DNA from: Elsinoe ampelina
Lineage: Eukaryota
Reading direction: 5' to 3'
Assembly (NCBI GenBank): GCA_010093995.1
Contig: ML992508.1
Span: forward strand, 282,506-346,505
Length of the DNA stretch: 64,000 bases
How positions within the stretch are numbered: the stretch's first letter is position 1; every line of letters begins with the position of its first letter. Both the position numbers and the translations under genes were made by a program. The notes below the pieces were generated by a model. It made no database searches, was not told the DNA's origin, and saw nothing but the letters and a program-made list of their open reading frames with translations. This document shows, one piece after another, positions 1-10,400 of the stretch.

Positions 1-2
1 GC

Positions 3-527
3 TTCGACCGCTTCACCAGCGCCGAGTCCCTCCCAGCAACAGACTACACCTGCCGGAAATGCGACGCCCAACAAGCGGCCACCAAACGCCTGAGCCTCGC
101 TCGTCTCCCGCCCGTCCTCCCCGTGCATCTGAAACGCTTCAGCCACTCCAAGAACAGCGGGCAGGGCATTAAACTCGACACCAAAGTCCGCTTCGGGACG
201 AGCGTGGATCTCTCCGCTTACATTCGGGGCAATGTAGGGAAGAAAGACACGGCGAAGGAGAAGAAGGAGAAGGACAAGGACAAGGATAAAGACAAGGGCG
301 ATAAAGATGAAACCGAGGACAAGAAAGGCAACAGACCCATCTACGAACTCAGCTCGGTCATCGTGCACAAGGGCAAGATGGACAGTGGGCACTATATTAG
401 TTTCTCGAGGGTGTACGACGAGTGGTTCATGTTTGACGATTCGAAAGTGGTGCTGGTCGACGAGAACGAAGTGTTGGCGTCCGAGGCGTATATGTTGTTT
501 TATGTGGTGAGGGATATTGATGTTTAG
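3..527 (+). CDS. UBP8: Ubiquitin C-terminal hydrolase (USP family, UBP8/USP22-like), 3' part; 5' end lies outside the window
   Basis: Frame is open from base 3: FDRFTSAESL...YTCRKC...VHLKRF, then the His-box YELSSVIVHKGKMDSGHY and WFMFDDSKV...AYMLFY. Orthologue assignment is by resemblance only. Confidence 0.8.
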   Translation, partial: FDRFTSAESLPATDYTCRKCDAQQAATKRLSLARLPPVLPVHLKRFSHSKNSGQGIKLDTKVRFGTSVDLSAYIRGNVGKKDTAKEKKEKDKDKDKDKGDKDETEDKKGNRPIYELSSVIVHKGKMDSGHYISFSRVYDEWFMFDDSKVVLVDENEVLASEAYMLFYVVRDIDV

Positions 528-660
528 TCCTCGGTCGCACAGGCCAGGGGTTTTCTGGGAGGGGAGTGAGGGCAGGGCAAAGGGCAGTTTACGCATTTTA
601 CGATCAAGCCTTGATGGCAACTCCTTGTTTCTATACAGTGCGTGGATAAAGGTTTCTTCT

Positions 661-2083
661 CTACTGGTCGTCGATGACGTGCAGGTACTTTTTCTCTTCA
701 CGCTTCTCGCGCTCTGTCATGGGTGGGAGGTCGTAGTAGGCTGAGCTGCGGTAGCCTTGCTGTTTGAGTTGTCAGTGCGTGATTGCACGTGAGATCGTGA
801 CTGGGTTTACGTACGAGGTATTTAAAGGTGAAGCGGGCAAGATCACCCGGCTCAATGTCGAGGTCGGCGAAGGTCTTGGCCTTCGGATCAATGACCTGGT
901 CAAGGAACTCACGGACGACTTGGTCCCTGCTGGTCGTGGGCCACCAAAGAGCCTTATTGAGTACGTCGGCCAAGGGTGCCATGATCTGTCGCGGCACGTT
1001 GATGTGTCTCCTCTGCTTCATGATTTCGCGCTCCACGAGTTCGCGGATATGCGCCATACTGTAGACCTTGGGGCCGTACAGTTCGTATGTCTCACCAGCG
1101 GTGCTGTCGTCGTAGAGCATTTTCTCGAGCGCCTCACCAACATCGATGACGTGGACTGGCGCAAACCTCTCTTGGAAGTTGTTGGATGTGAGAAGGTTGC
1201 CAGGTTTGGCGAGACGGTGAAGGAGACGATCCTCGAAGCCGAACATTGGTGCTGGTCGAACAAGGGTAGTCTCTGGGAACACATCTCGGACAACTTGCTC
1301 GCCTCGGGCTTTGGTTCGGTAGAATGCTGATGGTGAATCGGTGAGGGCGGAATGTGATGAGACATGCACGAAGCGGTCGACATCGTATTTCGCAACAGCC
1401 TCTGCGATCTTGTGCGCGCCATCCACATGTACATCCTCGAAGTCGAAGTTCTTCGTTTCGTAGTCACGGCCAATGAGGTTGTAGACGATGTCCGAGTGTC
1501 GTACGGACTCTTCTATCGATGCAGTGTTGCGGAGATCATATTCCTGGTGTGGTCAGCACATATTCAGTACCTGTTGGGCACATAGCGCACAATAAAAACC
1601 ACCCGACCCAGATCGCCCGACACCTTTAAGTGCCTCTTTGCCATCTCCTCTCGAAAGGGAACCACGACTGTGCATCCTGATCTTGCTATCGCCTTGTCAG
1701 ATCTTGTATTTCCCACTTCTCGCTTGCCTCATACCGAGCCTGTTGACAATATACCGTCCTAGAAACCCCGTAGCGCCAAAGACCGTAGCTGTGTGTCCTA
1801 TTCGCATGTTATTTTTGTGCTTGGTTCGTTGTGCCTTCGGAGACCATACCACCCAGTGAAGATCTGTTCAACTGTCAGAAGAGCTTTGAGGAACACACTG
1901 AGAAATTTCTCACCTTCCACCAGAGATCCTGATAATTGGCTTGCCTGTCCTTGTGATCGCAATGTCCTGAACGGATCGCTTGCTAGTTGTCGACAGGTTT
2001 CGTGAGGCATTGGCGAGTGAGGGAGCTCCGGAGCGACACAAGTGTCGGTGGAGTGCGACACTTGAAGCTCCCAGTCCCGCCAT
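661..2083 (-). CDS. NADH:ubiquinone oxidoreductase 39/40-kDa subunit (NDUFA9-like, atypical SDR), multi-exon
   Basis: ATG at 2083 gives a mitochondrial-presequence-like N-terminus followed by DIAITRTGKPIIR. Later exons encode TATVFGATGFLGRYIVNRL, RFVHVS, VRPAPMFGFEDR and YELYGP. The last exon GYRSSAYYDLPP...YLHVIDDQ* ends at 661. Confidence 0.92.
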
Positions 2084-2438
2084 GATTGTCGTAGAAGCAA
2101 GCGCAAGGAATACGAGGTTGTCTGGCGTAGTGTCGGAAGAGATGAGGTCGTTGGCTTGTCGTTGCTGCCACCCGCGGGCAAACTTCGGCAGCTAAATGGA
2201 GCAAATCCGATTCGTCAATGGGACCAGCTTCATCACTTTTCACGTCACCACAATCTGCACCTGGTAGTTATTCCATCCAACTTACTACCAGAAAGTTGCA
2301 AAGCAAAGGCTCGTCTTCATATGTCAATATATATACTCGTTTGGTTGCCGTCATAAATACTACCACAAATCTCGGGCTGGTAGTTTCCAGACCCATTGCA
2401 CTACCAGGCCGCAGCCCCCCTGGATCTCGCGCTTGGTA

Positions 2439-3404
2439 CTACCAGGGGCTCCTCCAGTAGAGCTCATACCAATCATCACGCTGTGCCAGAGTCGCCCTGA
2501 CCAGCTCCATGGACTCCACACTGTTCCCGCTGGTGTCAACCTGATCCGATGTTAGCAAAGCTTGGCTCACAGACTGACTGGATGCGCCTCACCGTCATGA
2601 TCTTTCCCTCAAGCTGGTAGTACGCCACGATCGGCCCAAGCTTGTCCTTGAACTCGGCGAACCTTTTGTCGAACAACGCCTCTGTGTCATCTCTGCCCTC
2701 GAGTCTACGGGTGAGATACCTCCTCTTGGCCTCATCCTCTGGGCAGTCGAAAAGCAGCACGAACTTGGGATCCCCGATCTGCAATCAATCTTAGCGGAAA
2801 CCTCCAAATGAGCTGTAGCAACTCACGGCCTTCTCTACCGCAATGACCTGGTTGATGTCGCGGGGGAACCCGTCAATGATGAAACGGTGACGACCCTTTT
2901 CTTTGTGGGTGTCCATGTGCTTGGCGAGGATGGCTGCCAGAATCTCGGCTGGGATGAGTTCCGCTATGTTGATGCACATGGTGGCAGTCCAGTCCAGCAA
3001 GGCGTCTCTCTTCTTGACTGCCTCACGCAGGATGTCGCCGACAGATAAATGGACGAAGTCGTACTCGGAGGACATGTTGAGGCACAAAGTTCCCTTCCCT
3101 GATCCTGGAGCTCCTATCGGCCTTCATCAGTCATCTATGCTAGATGTCAGGATTTTAGCTCACCAATCACGAAGACGATATAATCTTCAATGTGAAAATC
3201 CAGCTTGATACTCGGCATTTCGACCGTCTCAATCTCGTTCTTCTTCGGAGACATGATTTTCTTGGCCTGCTTGAAGTACTGCTCGATATTAGCCATGTTT
3301 CCGATGTGTTTGGTCACAATCGCAGCAGTGATACCAGTGGCAGCGGTCGATCTGAGAGGTTTCGAAGTGAAGCAAGTGAAGGCAATCATTTTCACAAAGC
3401 ACAT
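2439..3404 (-). CDS. Nucleoside monophosphate kinase, adenylate kinase family (divergent UMP-CMP kinase-like), 4 exons
   Basis: Removing GT-AG introns 3114-3163, 2779-2826 and 2541-2592 gives P-loop VFVIGAPGSGKGT, YDFVHLSVGDILRE, FIIDGFPR and VLLFDCPE..AKRRYLTRRLEGRDD...KRF. Stop at 2439-2441. Start is uncertain (ATG at 3404, 3389, 3296 or 3254). Confidence 0.9.
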
Positions 3405-3454
3405 GCTTGCCGCCTACTTTGGGGTCGACCTTTGTCGACATTCACATGCTCGAC

Positions 3455-3461
3455 TATAAAA
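3455..3461 (+). promoter_or_regulatory. TATA box (TATAAAA) in the short divergent kinase/viperin intergenic region
   Basis: Canonical TATAAAA about 115 bp upstream of the viperin ATG (3576), followed by a CA/CT-rich leader. Confidence 0.5.
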
Positions 3462-3575
3462 GACCGCCCGACTCCGACCCCTGACCTTCCTTGCCTCAAA
3501 CATATCACACAGACAGCAGTCACACACAAGATCTTCTCTTCACAGCATTTTGGATACAATTCGGACAACAACATC

Positions 3576-4595
3576 ATGCTCCTCACCTTCGCCACGTATG
3601 TGGCCGACCATGTCTGGCTGCAGGTCATTCTCGCTGTCCTGGTCGCCGTCATCACGACCCTGCCCCTGGTCCCAGCTCTTCGCATCTTGGCCGAGGACTT
3701 GACCACCACTCGCCCCATCAGTGTCAACTACCACTTCACCCGCCTCTGCAACAAGTCCTGTGGCTTTTGCTTCCACACCGCCCTGACCTCTCATCGCGAG
3801 ACCTCTGATCGTGCAAAGGCCGCTCTCCATCTGCTCAAGAAGGTTGGTATGCGCAAGCTCAACTTTGCAGGAGGAGAACCTTTTCTGGCCGCCTCGTTCT
3901 TGGGCGAGATGGTCGACTTTGCCAAGCAGACTCTTCGCCTTGAATCAGTTTCCATCGTCAGCAATGGATCCTTGATCACCGAGAAGTGGATGTCTCAGCA
4001 TGCTCACAACCTCGACATCCTTGCAGTCAGCTGTGACTCTTTCGACGAGGAAGTCAACATCGCCATTGGTCGTGGGTCTGGAGATCAGGTCACAAAGCTC
4101 TACCAGATCAAGGAGTGGTGCGTCAAGTTCGGTGTCAAGTTCAAGATCAACACCGTCGTCTGCGCACTCAACAAGGACCAGGACATGAATCATCATATCC
4201 AGCAGCTTGAGCCCTTTCGCTGGAAGTGCTTCCAAGTCCTCGAAGTCAAGGGAGAGAACGATGGCAACGACACTCTCCGCTCTGTCGACCGCTTCTTGAT
4301 CACTGATGAAGACTATGCCAGCTTCTGTAAGCGTCACAACCAGCAACCATCCTTCGTGCCAGAAAGCAACAAGGTCATGGCTAAGAGCTACCTCATCCTC
4401 GACGAGTACCTTCGCTTCCTCGATCGTGACGGGAGATCTCCAAGCGGCTGTATCCTGGATGTCGGCGTCAAGAAGGCTTTGGACAGTGTTTTCTGGGATC
4501 AAAAGAGCTTCGTCGAGAGGGGTGGAGTTTTCGACTGGACCAGGGAGGAGACCGGTTGCAAGAATGACGCTGCCGCCAAGGAGCTCGAATGGTAA
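3576..4595 (+). CDS. RSAD2: Viperin / RSAD2-like radical SAM enzyme (ddhNTP synthase family), 339 aa, intronless
   Basis: SVNYHFTRLCNKSCGFCFHTA (CxxxCxxC), NFAGGEPFL, SIVSNGSLI, AVSCDSFDE, FKINTVV, RWKCFQVL, VPESN..M..SYLILDEYLRFLD, ILDVGV, RGGVFDW and a terminal Trp (LEW*) all match viperin hallmarks. Hydrophobic N-terminal segment. ATG at 3576 in ATCATG context. Confidence 0.96.
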   Translation: MLLTFATYVADHVWLQVILAVLVAVITTLPLVPALRILAEDLTTTRPISVNYHFTRLCNKSCGFCFHTALTSHRETSDRAKAALHLLKKVGMRKLNFAGGEPFLAASFLGEMVDFAKQTLRLESVSIVSNGSLITEKWMSQHAHNLDILAVSCDSFDEEVNIAIGRGSGDQVTKLYQIKEWCVKFGVKFKINTVVCALNKDQDMNHHIQQLEPFRWKCFQVLEVKGENDGNDTLRSVDRFLITDEDYASFCKRHNQQPSFVPESNKVMAKSYLILDEYLRFLDRDGRSPSGCILDVGVKKALDSVFWDQKSFVERGGVFDWTREETGCKNDAAAKELEW

Positions 4596-5487
4596 TTGCG
4601 AGGCAAGCGGGCCGGGGAGATTATCGGACGGACTGCTATCTTCAAGTGGATCGCCTCAACCAGAACTCACGGGATGAGGAGGATATCACAGCGCCATCTC
4701 CTGGTGGTCGCTCTTGAGTTGCTGCATACACTACAATCGTGAGACACTTTCCCATTTCTTGATACCGCAGAAAGATCCCATTCCCTCATTTGCATCTTTG
4801 CGATACCTTGTCAACTTAAAACAGCGATAGTCTTCGACACATGACATGTGATTACCGTCGTCGGCCTATGACATGTGCCTCTCTACTGCCCTCACATAGA
4901 GGGTTTATATACATTGTTGACGGCCCTGTCTGTCAGCAAACCACTTGAATGACCGGACGGTCAGTCTAACGGTTAAGAGCTGCTTCGTAAACCAGGTCCA
5001 CGACCGAGTTTCGATCAGCGACGACATTCCACTGAGAATTGTCCCTCTGGTTCGAGTCCTGACGATGGTATGCGAGCGACGGCGATAATTGAATCGTCGG
5101 ACTAGTATGGTACCAGATCTCGCCTCTTAAACAACCCCCCAGAGTAAGACAAAGTCGCAAGGAGTGTTCGAACTGATCTTTTTGCATTTTGGTGAGGTGA
5201 GGTGGATGTGAGAATCGCTGTGACTAGGTGGTGGGAGAGCATGTGATGGCAGATGCTAGCTCATTTCTGGCGAGACTGCCAACGAGACAATTGTGTCCGC
5301 TTTCCGCTTGCTGGCATTCTCGTGGGCCATGTTATTGACGACCTTTCTCTATGTTAGATCTGCATTCATCTCTTCCTTTTTACTTCACACTTCACATACC
5401 TCAAACCCTTCCATCGATCATTAACCAAACACTCCTCGCACACGAAAATCGGTCACTGCAATCACAAACTCCATAGCTACGAGCGAT

Positions 5488-6819
5488 ATGTCGAAACCCC
5501 TGCAGAAAGCGTTTGAAATCGAGCGTAAGTTTCCCTGCCTCTCACCTTTGTTTTCCATGAATGCCGGCTCGCCACCATTCGCTGCCCTTCGCCGTCTGCC
5601 AGACCAACGATTCACGGACACTTATCTGGACTCATGTGGACGCCTCATGGCCGAAGGAATATACATTCGCCGCCGCAACGGAGACTACGAAGCCAAGGTT
5701 TCACTTGGTGGCACTTTCACAAAGTCCCAATTTCAGGAGATCGATGGCAAGGATGACGTTGAGCTGTACCTGAAAAAGCATGGAATCAAGATTGGCGATC
5801 TAGCCAGTATTGCCAGGTTCAGCACTCACAGAATGGCTTGGATCGCCGACGAAGAGTTCCTGGTGGTGATGGACAAGACGTGCTTCGGACATCAAGTCGG
5901 TGAGGTTGAGTACATGGGAGATATGGTACGTGCGACATCCGCATCCTTCACATTCGACGCTGACCACCTGCAGGAGGCATCTACCAGCAACAAGGTCAGC
6001 AGCAACTCCAGCGCGACATCCGAACATATGCCCGATGCCTCCCCCGCCTCCTCACTCGCCGTCTTCCTCGACGACACCCTCAGCAAAGTCGTCGGCTTCC
6101 TCCTCACCACCTTCACCTCCGACATCCACCCCGCCTGTCCCACCCCTTCTCCCAAGCGTCTACCCAGCAACCCCGCCACAGTCTCCCCCACCACCAACCC
6201 AGACAACACGGACAGCGACAACACCCGCGAGGCGCCCTCTCCCCAGCGCACCACCCACTCAAACATCCACCCAACCACCATCTCGACCTCCCTCCTCACC
6301 GAATTCTCCAGCCACATCCAAGACGCTACCCCCTCCCTCACCTCCAACAACACCTCCCCTCCCTCCTCCCGCCCTCACGCCCCCACCCACCCTCACTCCC
6401 AGCCGACCTCCCCCCTCACCTCATCGGAGAAGGCCCACCTCGCACTCGCCGCCCAGAAGATCGACGCCTTCATGTCCCGCTACGCCTGGGCTTTCAACCC
6501 GGGTAGTCCCCGCACCGATCCTACCGGCGTTGATCCAGTGAGCAGCGCTGCCCGCCTGGCCACCACTTTCGACAGCGGACAATGGGAGGAAGGGCAAGTG
6601 GTGGGGAAACTCACGGCTTATTTCAGGAGGTACGGGGTCCCCGAGGGATGGGGGAGGGGTCGTGCTTCGGTGGGTGTCTCGCTGGGTGATGCATCGGGGA
6701 GCGAGATGGGGTGTGAGAAGCGAGGTCGGTTGGTAAAGGGGAGGGGGGAAGGGATAGATGGTGGTCGTAAAGAGGTGGTGGGGACCGGGTGGTGTGGGGT
6801 TATGGATTATGGGTTGTGA
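5488..6819 (+). CDS. CYTH / triphosphate-tunnel metalloenzyme, thiamine-triphosphatase-like, with a long low-complexity insertion
   Basis: N-terminal ExExK motif (FEIERKF), FTDTYLD...L...GIYIRRRNG.YEAK, F.T.R..W, VVMDKTCFGHQVGEVE, then KIDAFMSRYAWAF and VGKLTAYF after an S/P/T/H-rich insert. Confidence 0.85.
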   Translation: MSKPLQKAFEIERKFPCLSPLFSMNAGSPPFAALRRLPDQRFTDTYLDSCGRLMAEGIYIRRRNGDYEAKVSLGGTFTKSQFQEIDGKDDVELYLKKHGIKIGDLASIARFSTHRMAWIADEEFLVVMDKTCFGHQVGEVEYMGDMVRATSASFTFDADHLQEASTSNKVSSNSSATSEHMPDASPASSLAVFLDDTLSKVVGFLLTTFTSDIHPACPTPSPKRLPSNPATVSPTTNPDNTDSDNTREAPSPQRTTHSNIHPTTISTSLLTEFSSHIQDATPSLTSNNTSPPSSRPHAPTHPHSQPTSPLTSSEKAHLALAAQKIDAFMSRYAWAFNPGSPRTDPTGVDPVSSAARLATTFDSGQWEEGQVVGKLTAYFRRYGVPEGWGRGRASVGVSLGDASGSEMGCEKRGRLVKGRGEGIDGGRKEVVGTGWCGVMDYGL

Positions 6820-7451
6820 TTCTTCACTCACTTGGGGCATAGCAGGGGGCGGGACCGCAAAGGACGGGGGAGCAAGTTTCGGCGTTCTGGTAGGAGTGTG
6901 GTGCTCAAGCAGGTTGGGGGTTGGGGGTCGAAGGTATGATCCCGGAGTATGGTTATAGGCTTTTCGCGGCGGGTAGTGGTGATGGAAGCTGGTAGTACGT
7001 CCTGCCTGGTAGTTCGGCTTGAGCGAGGGTTTGGGAGCTGGGATATCAAGCTGGTTCCTCACGATTGTACGATATGCTGGTAGTTGCTGATAGAGAAGCT
7101 GTCCTCCCGTCTGGTAGGAACAATCCAGCGATAGCCTCGAATGGGAATAGTCAAACACCGTATGAGAAAGTCCGGACTGCTACCAGTAGTACCACGAGGC
7201 TCTGTGCGAATGCCCATCCGCATCGAGATTTCAACCACACCTTGAATGACTTGCGCGGGCATAATTTCAAGATCAAAGAGTTCATTAATCCCCTCCGGCT
7301 ATCATCTCAGGCGACCTCTAGCGCCTCATACACAAGCAGCACGGAGCCGATAACAATGATATCCTGTACATATGCCCGTGCTCTGTGCTTTCCCTTCTCT
7401 ATCCCTCATCTATCCCCTGTTTCCTTTCTTTCCCCTGCCTATGCTCCAAGG

Positions 7452-10400
7452 CTACCTATTCGACAGCCCCTCAAACATATTCTCGCCTTCATCCCAGCCC
7501 TCGTCATCATCGTCAAACGGCTGCTGGTTCTTGCCATACCCTAAGAAGTCCGTCTCGTATTGCTGCTGCTGTCCACCAGATGCACCTGGATTACCACCTC
7601 CGTACCCCCCCTGACCTTGTCCGTGTCCATTCATGCCGTTACTTTGCCCGTAGCCTTGACCTGAGTATGGGCCCTCGGGAGAGCGGCGGCCAGCGAGAGA
7701 GCCTGTCTCGGCTGCCTGTTGTTGATCTTGAGAGCCTTCGAGGCGTGCCTGTTGCTGGAGAATGTCAGTGACTGTCACACGTAAGGGAACTAATGAGACT
7801 CACCTCCTGCCAACGCTGGTACTGGACAAACTCCTCGGCCTGTCTATCCTCATTGGACTTGGCCCGCTTTTCTTCTCGTTGAGATTGCTGAGCCTGCTGT
7901 TGCTGCTTCTGTCCCTTGAGCTGCATTTGAGGGTGCATCATTTGTACTTTGGCAAGGTAGCTATACATGAAGTTGCTCAGTAATACTTGGCTGTACAAGG
8001 CGCGCTTGGGGTTGGCGAGCTTGATGTGAGCCATGCGATAGATGGCACGTTCTTCGAGTATGGAGAAGCGGGTCCAGTTATAGTCGATGTCTGGCTTGAG
8101 AACGCGTGGAGGAGGCTCTGGGGACAAGCTGCGTTGTGAGTTGCGTTTCTTCTCGTCCGCTGCGGAGCCGGAAGACTTGTTCCGCTTACCGCCACCGAAG
8201 AGAGCGGAGAGTAGGCCGTCTTTTTGCTTGGTCGTGGGCTCATCTTTGGATTTCCGGGAGGTCTTGGCACGCTCCTCTTCGAGCTTGATATCCTCGCGAT
8301 TAAGTACTAGGCTTTCTCGTCCTCGCGACGGAGCAGCAGAGTCGATAGAGGTCTGAAGCACGTCGAGCCGGGTCTTGTCTGCCGAGGATGCGGCGAGCTT
8401 GCTGCTCACTTTAGGCCGCCGGAGCTTGTCCTTGTCTCGCTCCTTGTCCTCTCGTTCCTTGAGCTTGGCGGCTTCGCGCTCTCTTTCCTTTTCCCGTTCG
8501 CGCTCACGAGCTGCCTCCTTTACAGCTTCACGATCAGACTTGTCAAGCTGCTTGTCTTTGTCCTTTTCCCCACCAGTAAGCCATCCCCAAGACGTCTTCC
8601 GGCCAGCTTTCGAGTCGGCTTTCTTAGAGTCATAGGTTGGCACCTGGGTAAGCTCGTCAGTACGAGAGCCACCACTACCCGGCCACAGTGATGGATGCGA
8701 GGATAAATCGTCCAGAGTGGAACTCTTCTTTTCTTCCGAGTTGAGACGAGATCGAGCGCTTTGTACGAGAGGACCTTGAGGTCGAGGGGCTGGCTGCGCT
8801 GGCTGCTGTATAGAAGATTTGCGTTCGGGGAATATGTGCTGTGGTGCTGGCTCAGGTGGTGGGGGCGTTTCTATTATGTGCGGAACAGGTGCATTAGGAC
8901 CCGGCAATTGCGCTGTCGTCCATCCTCCTCCTGTGGCAAGTCGCGAATGGAATTGGTTAGTTCGTGGCTCATTTGAATGCTCTGATTGAGGTCGTTGCTC
9001 TTCTGGCGTTGGTGATTTCCGGATTTGAGGCACGTGATCTTCCGACACTGTTGATGGACCAAGCTGAGGTCGCGTGCGTCGACCGGGTCTCGAAAAGTTC
9101 TCTGCAGGTTCGGAGGCTGATGAGGCGACTGGATCTGTCCGCACCCGCGAAAGACCAGGCACCGGCTCATCCGCGCCCAGTACAGGCGATTGGGCAGGTG
9201 AATCGTCGAGGTCATTATGTCTTCCAACCGCTCTTCTGGACGCTGGTGTCCTTTCGCCCTTTCGTAGACTTCCTCGCCGGTATGCTGTCCTTGTTGACCG
9301 CTTCAACCCGCCCGGAAGACCTGGTATCATCGGCATATCATCTCCAGCAGGTACTCCAATTGCTGAATCCTGGCTCTTTCTCACAGTATCGATGCTCAAC
9401 TTTCGCATTAGGCTTGACGGATCGTTGACCAGATTCTCCAGCTCGGCCAAGTTGGCTACCGTCTCGTGCTGACCACTTTCTGACCGTTGTCTTTCCAGCC
9501 GCTCGGCACCATCCTCATATCCTCTGTCATTATTAATCTGCCTTGATAGCATGCTCTTCTTCCTCTTGATCCCGCCAGAAGTCTGTCGCTCGAGTCCGAC
9601 TGGAGATAACGATTGACCCTCGTCGGATAATCTCTTGAGACGTTCCACCCTATCCTCCACAAAAGTCTTGAACTCCTTTGGTGCCAATTCGGGATGTAAT
9701 CGTGCCGGAACCCAAAACAGCTTTGACGGGTCATCCTCGTCGGCGGTAGGCGAAGGTGGTAATGCTGGTATGCCGAACCCTCCTCCAAATGCCGGCAAAT
9801 CGGGATCGGCCATATCAACATTCATGGACATTCGGCGGATTGCTTGGAGATTGCTGAGCTCCTGAGCGACGGCGGCCGGGCTGGATTCGTAGTCGATATC
9901 ATTGAGCGGGAATTGCTGTGTCGCTGTGTTGTCCGACGAAGACGATCTACTCAGCGTCGGAGGTGGTGATATCGGTGCTCCGTCTCCATGACCCAGACTG
10001 GACTTTCTCATGGGTTCCGCGCTCTTACTGCTTTCTCCCCTCACTTGTATCCGGTCCTGCATGGATGCGAGCTGATTTGGTGATCTCGGCGGGCTTGTTC
10101 GCTTTGTGTCGAAATAATTAGCACCCTCGTATGCCTCTTTCGGAGTCGTCAAGAAACTGAGCGGTCTCGTCTTGCCGGTCTGCTGTTGAGGGCTCGGGTA
10201 GTCGTCATCATCACTGCCATACATTCCTCCGATAGCCTCTGTGACATGATGATTCGTGTCGCTGATGGATATTTGAGGAGCATGACCGCGGCGGGAGGGA
10301 TGTCGTTCCGAGCCCAACGGCCTTGTTGTGGTTGTGGACTGGGCGGAGTTAGTTTTGGTCCCGTGGTCAAGTTTGCGCGACCACACCGCAGCCATGAGGG

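Noticed and set aside
3192..3575. 128-codon upstream extension of the viperin ORF from a GTG start
   Set aside because: It overlaps the kinase's first exon in antisense and contains the TATA box; ATG 3576 gives a normal viperin N-terminus.
4966..5187. 73-aa minus-strand ORF between viperin and CYTH, considered as a fourth cluster gene
   Set aside because: Short, with no recognisable motif or convincing splice partners; unsupported without RNA data.
10340..10395. ORF-track start MAAVWSRK for ZDS1
   Set aside because: It lies inside a well-formed intron (10339-10451); the real start is more likely ATG 10457.
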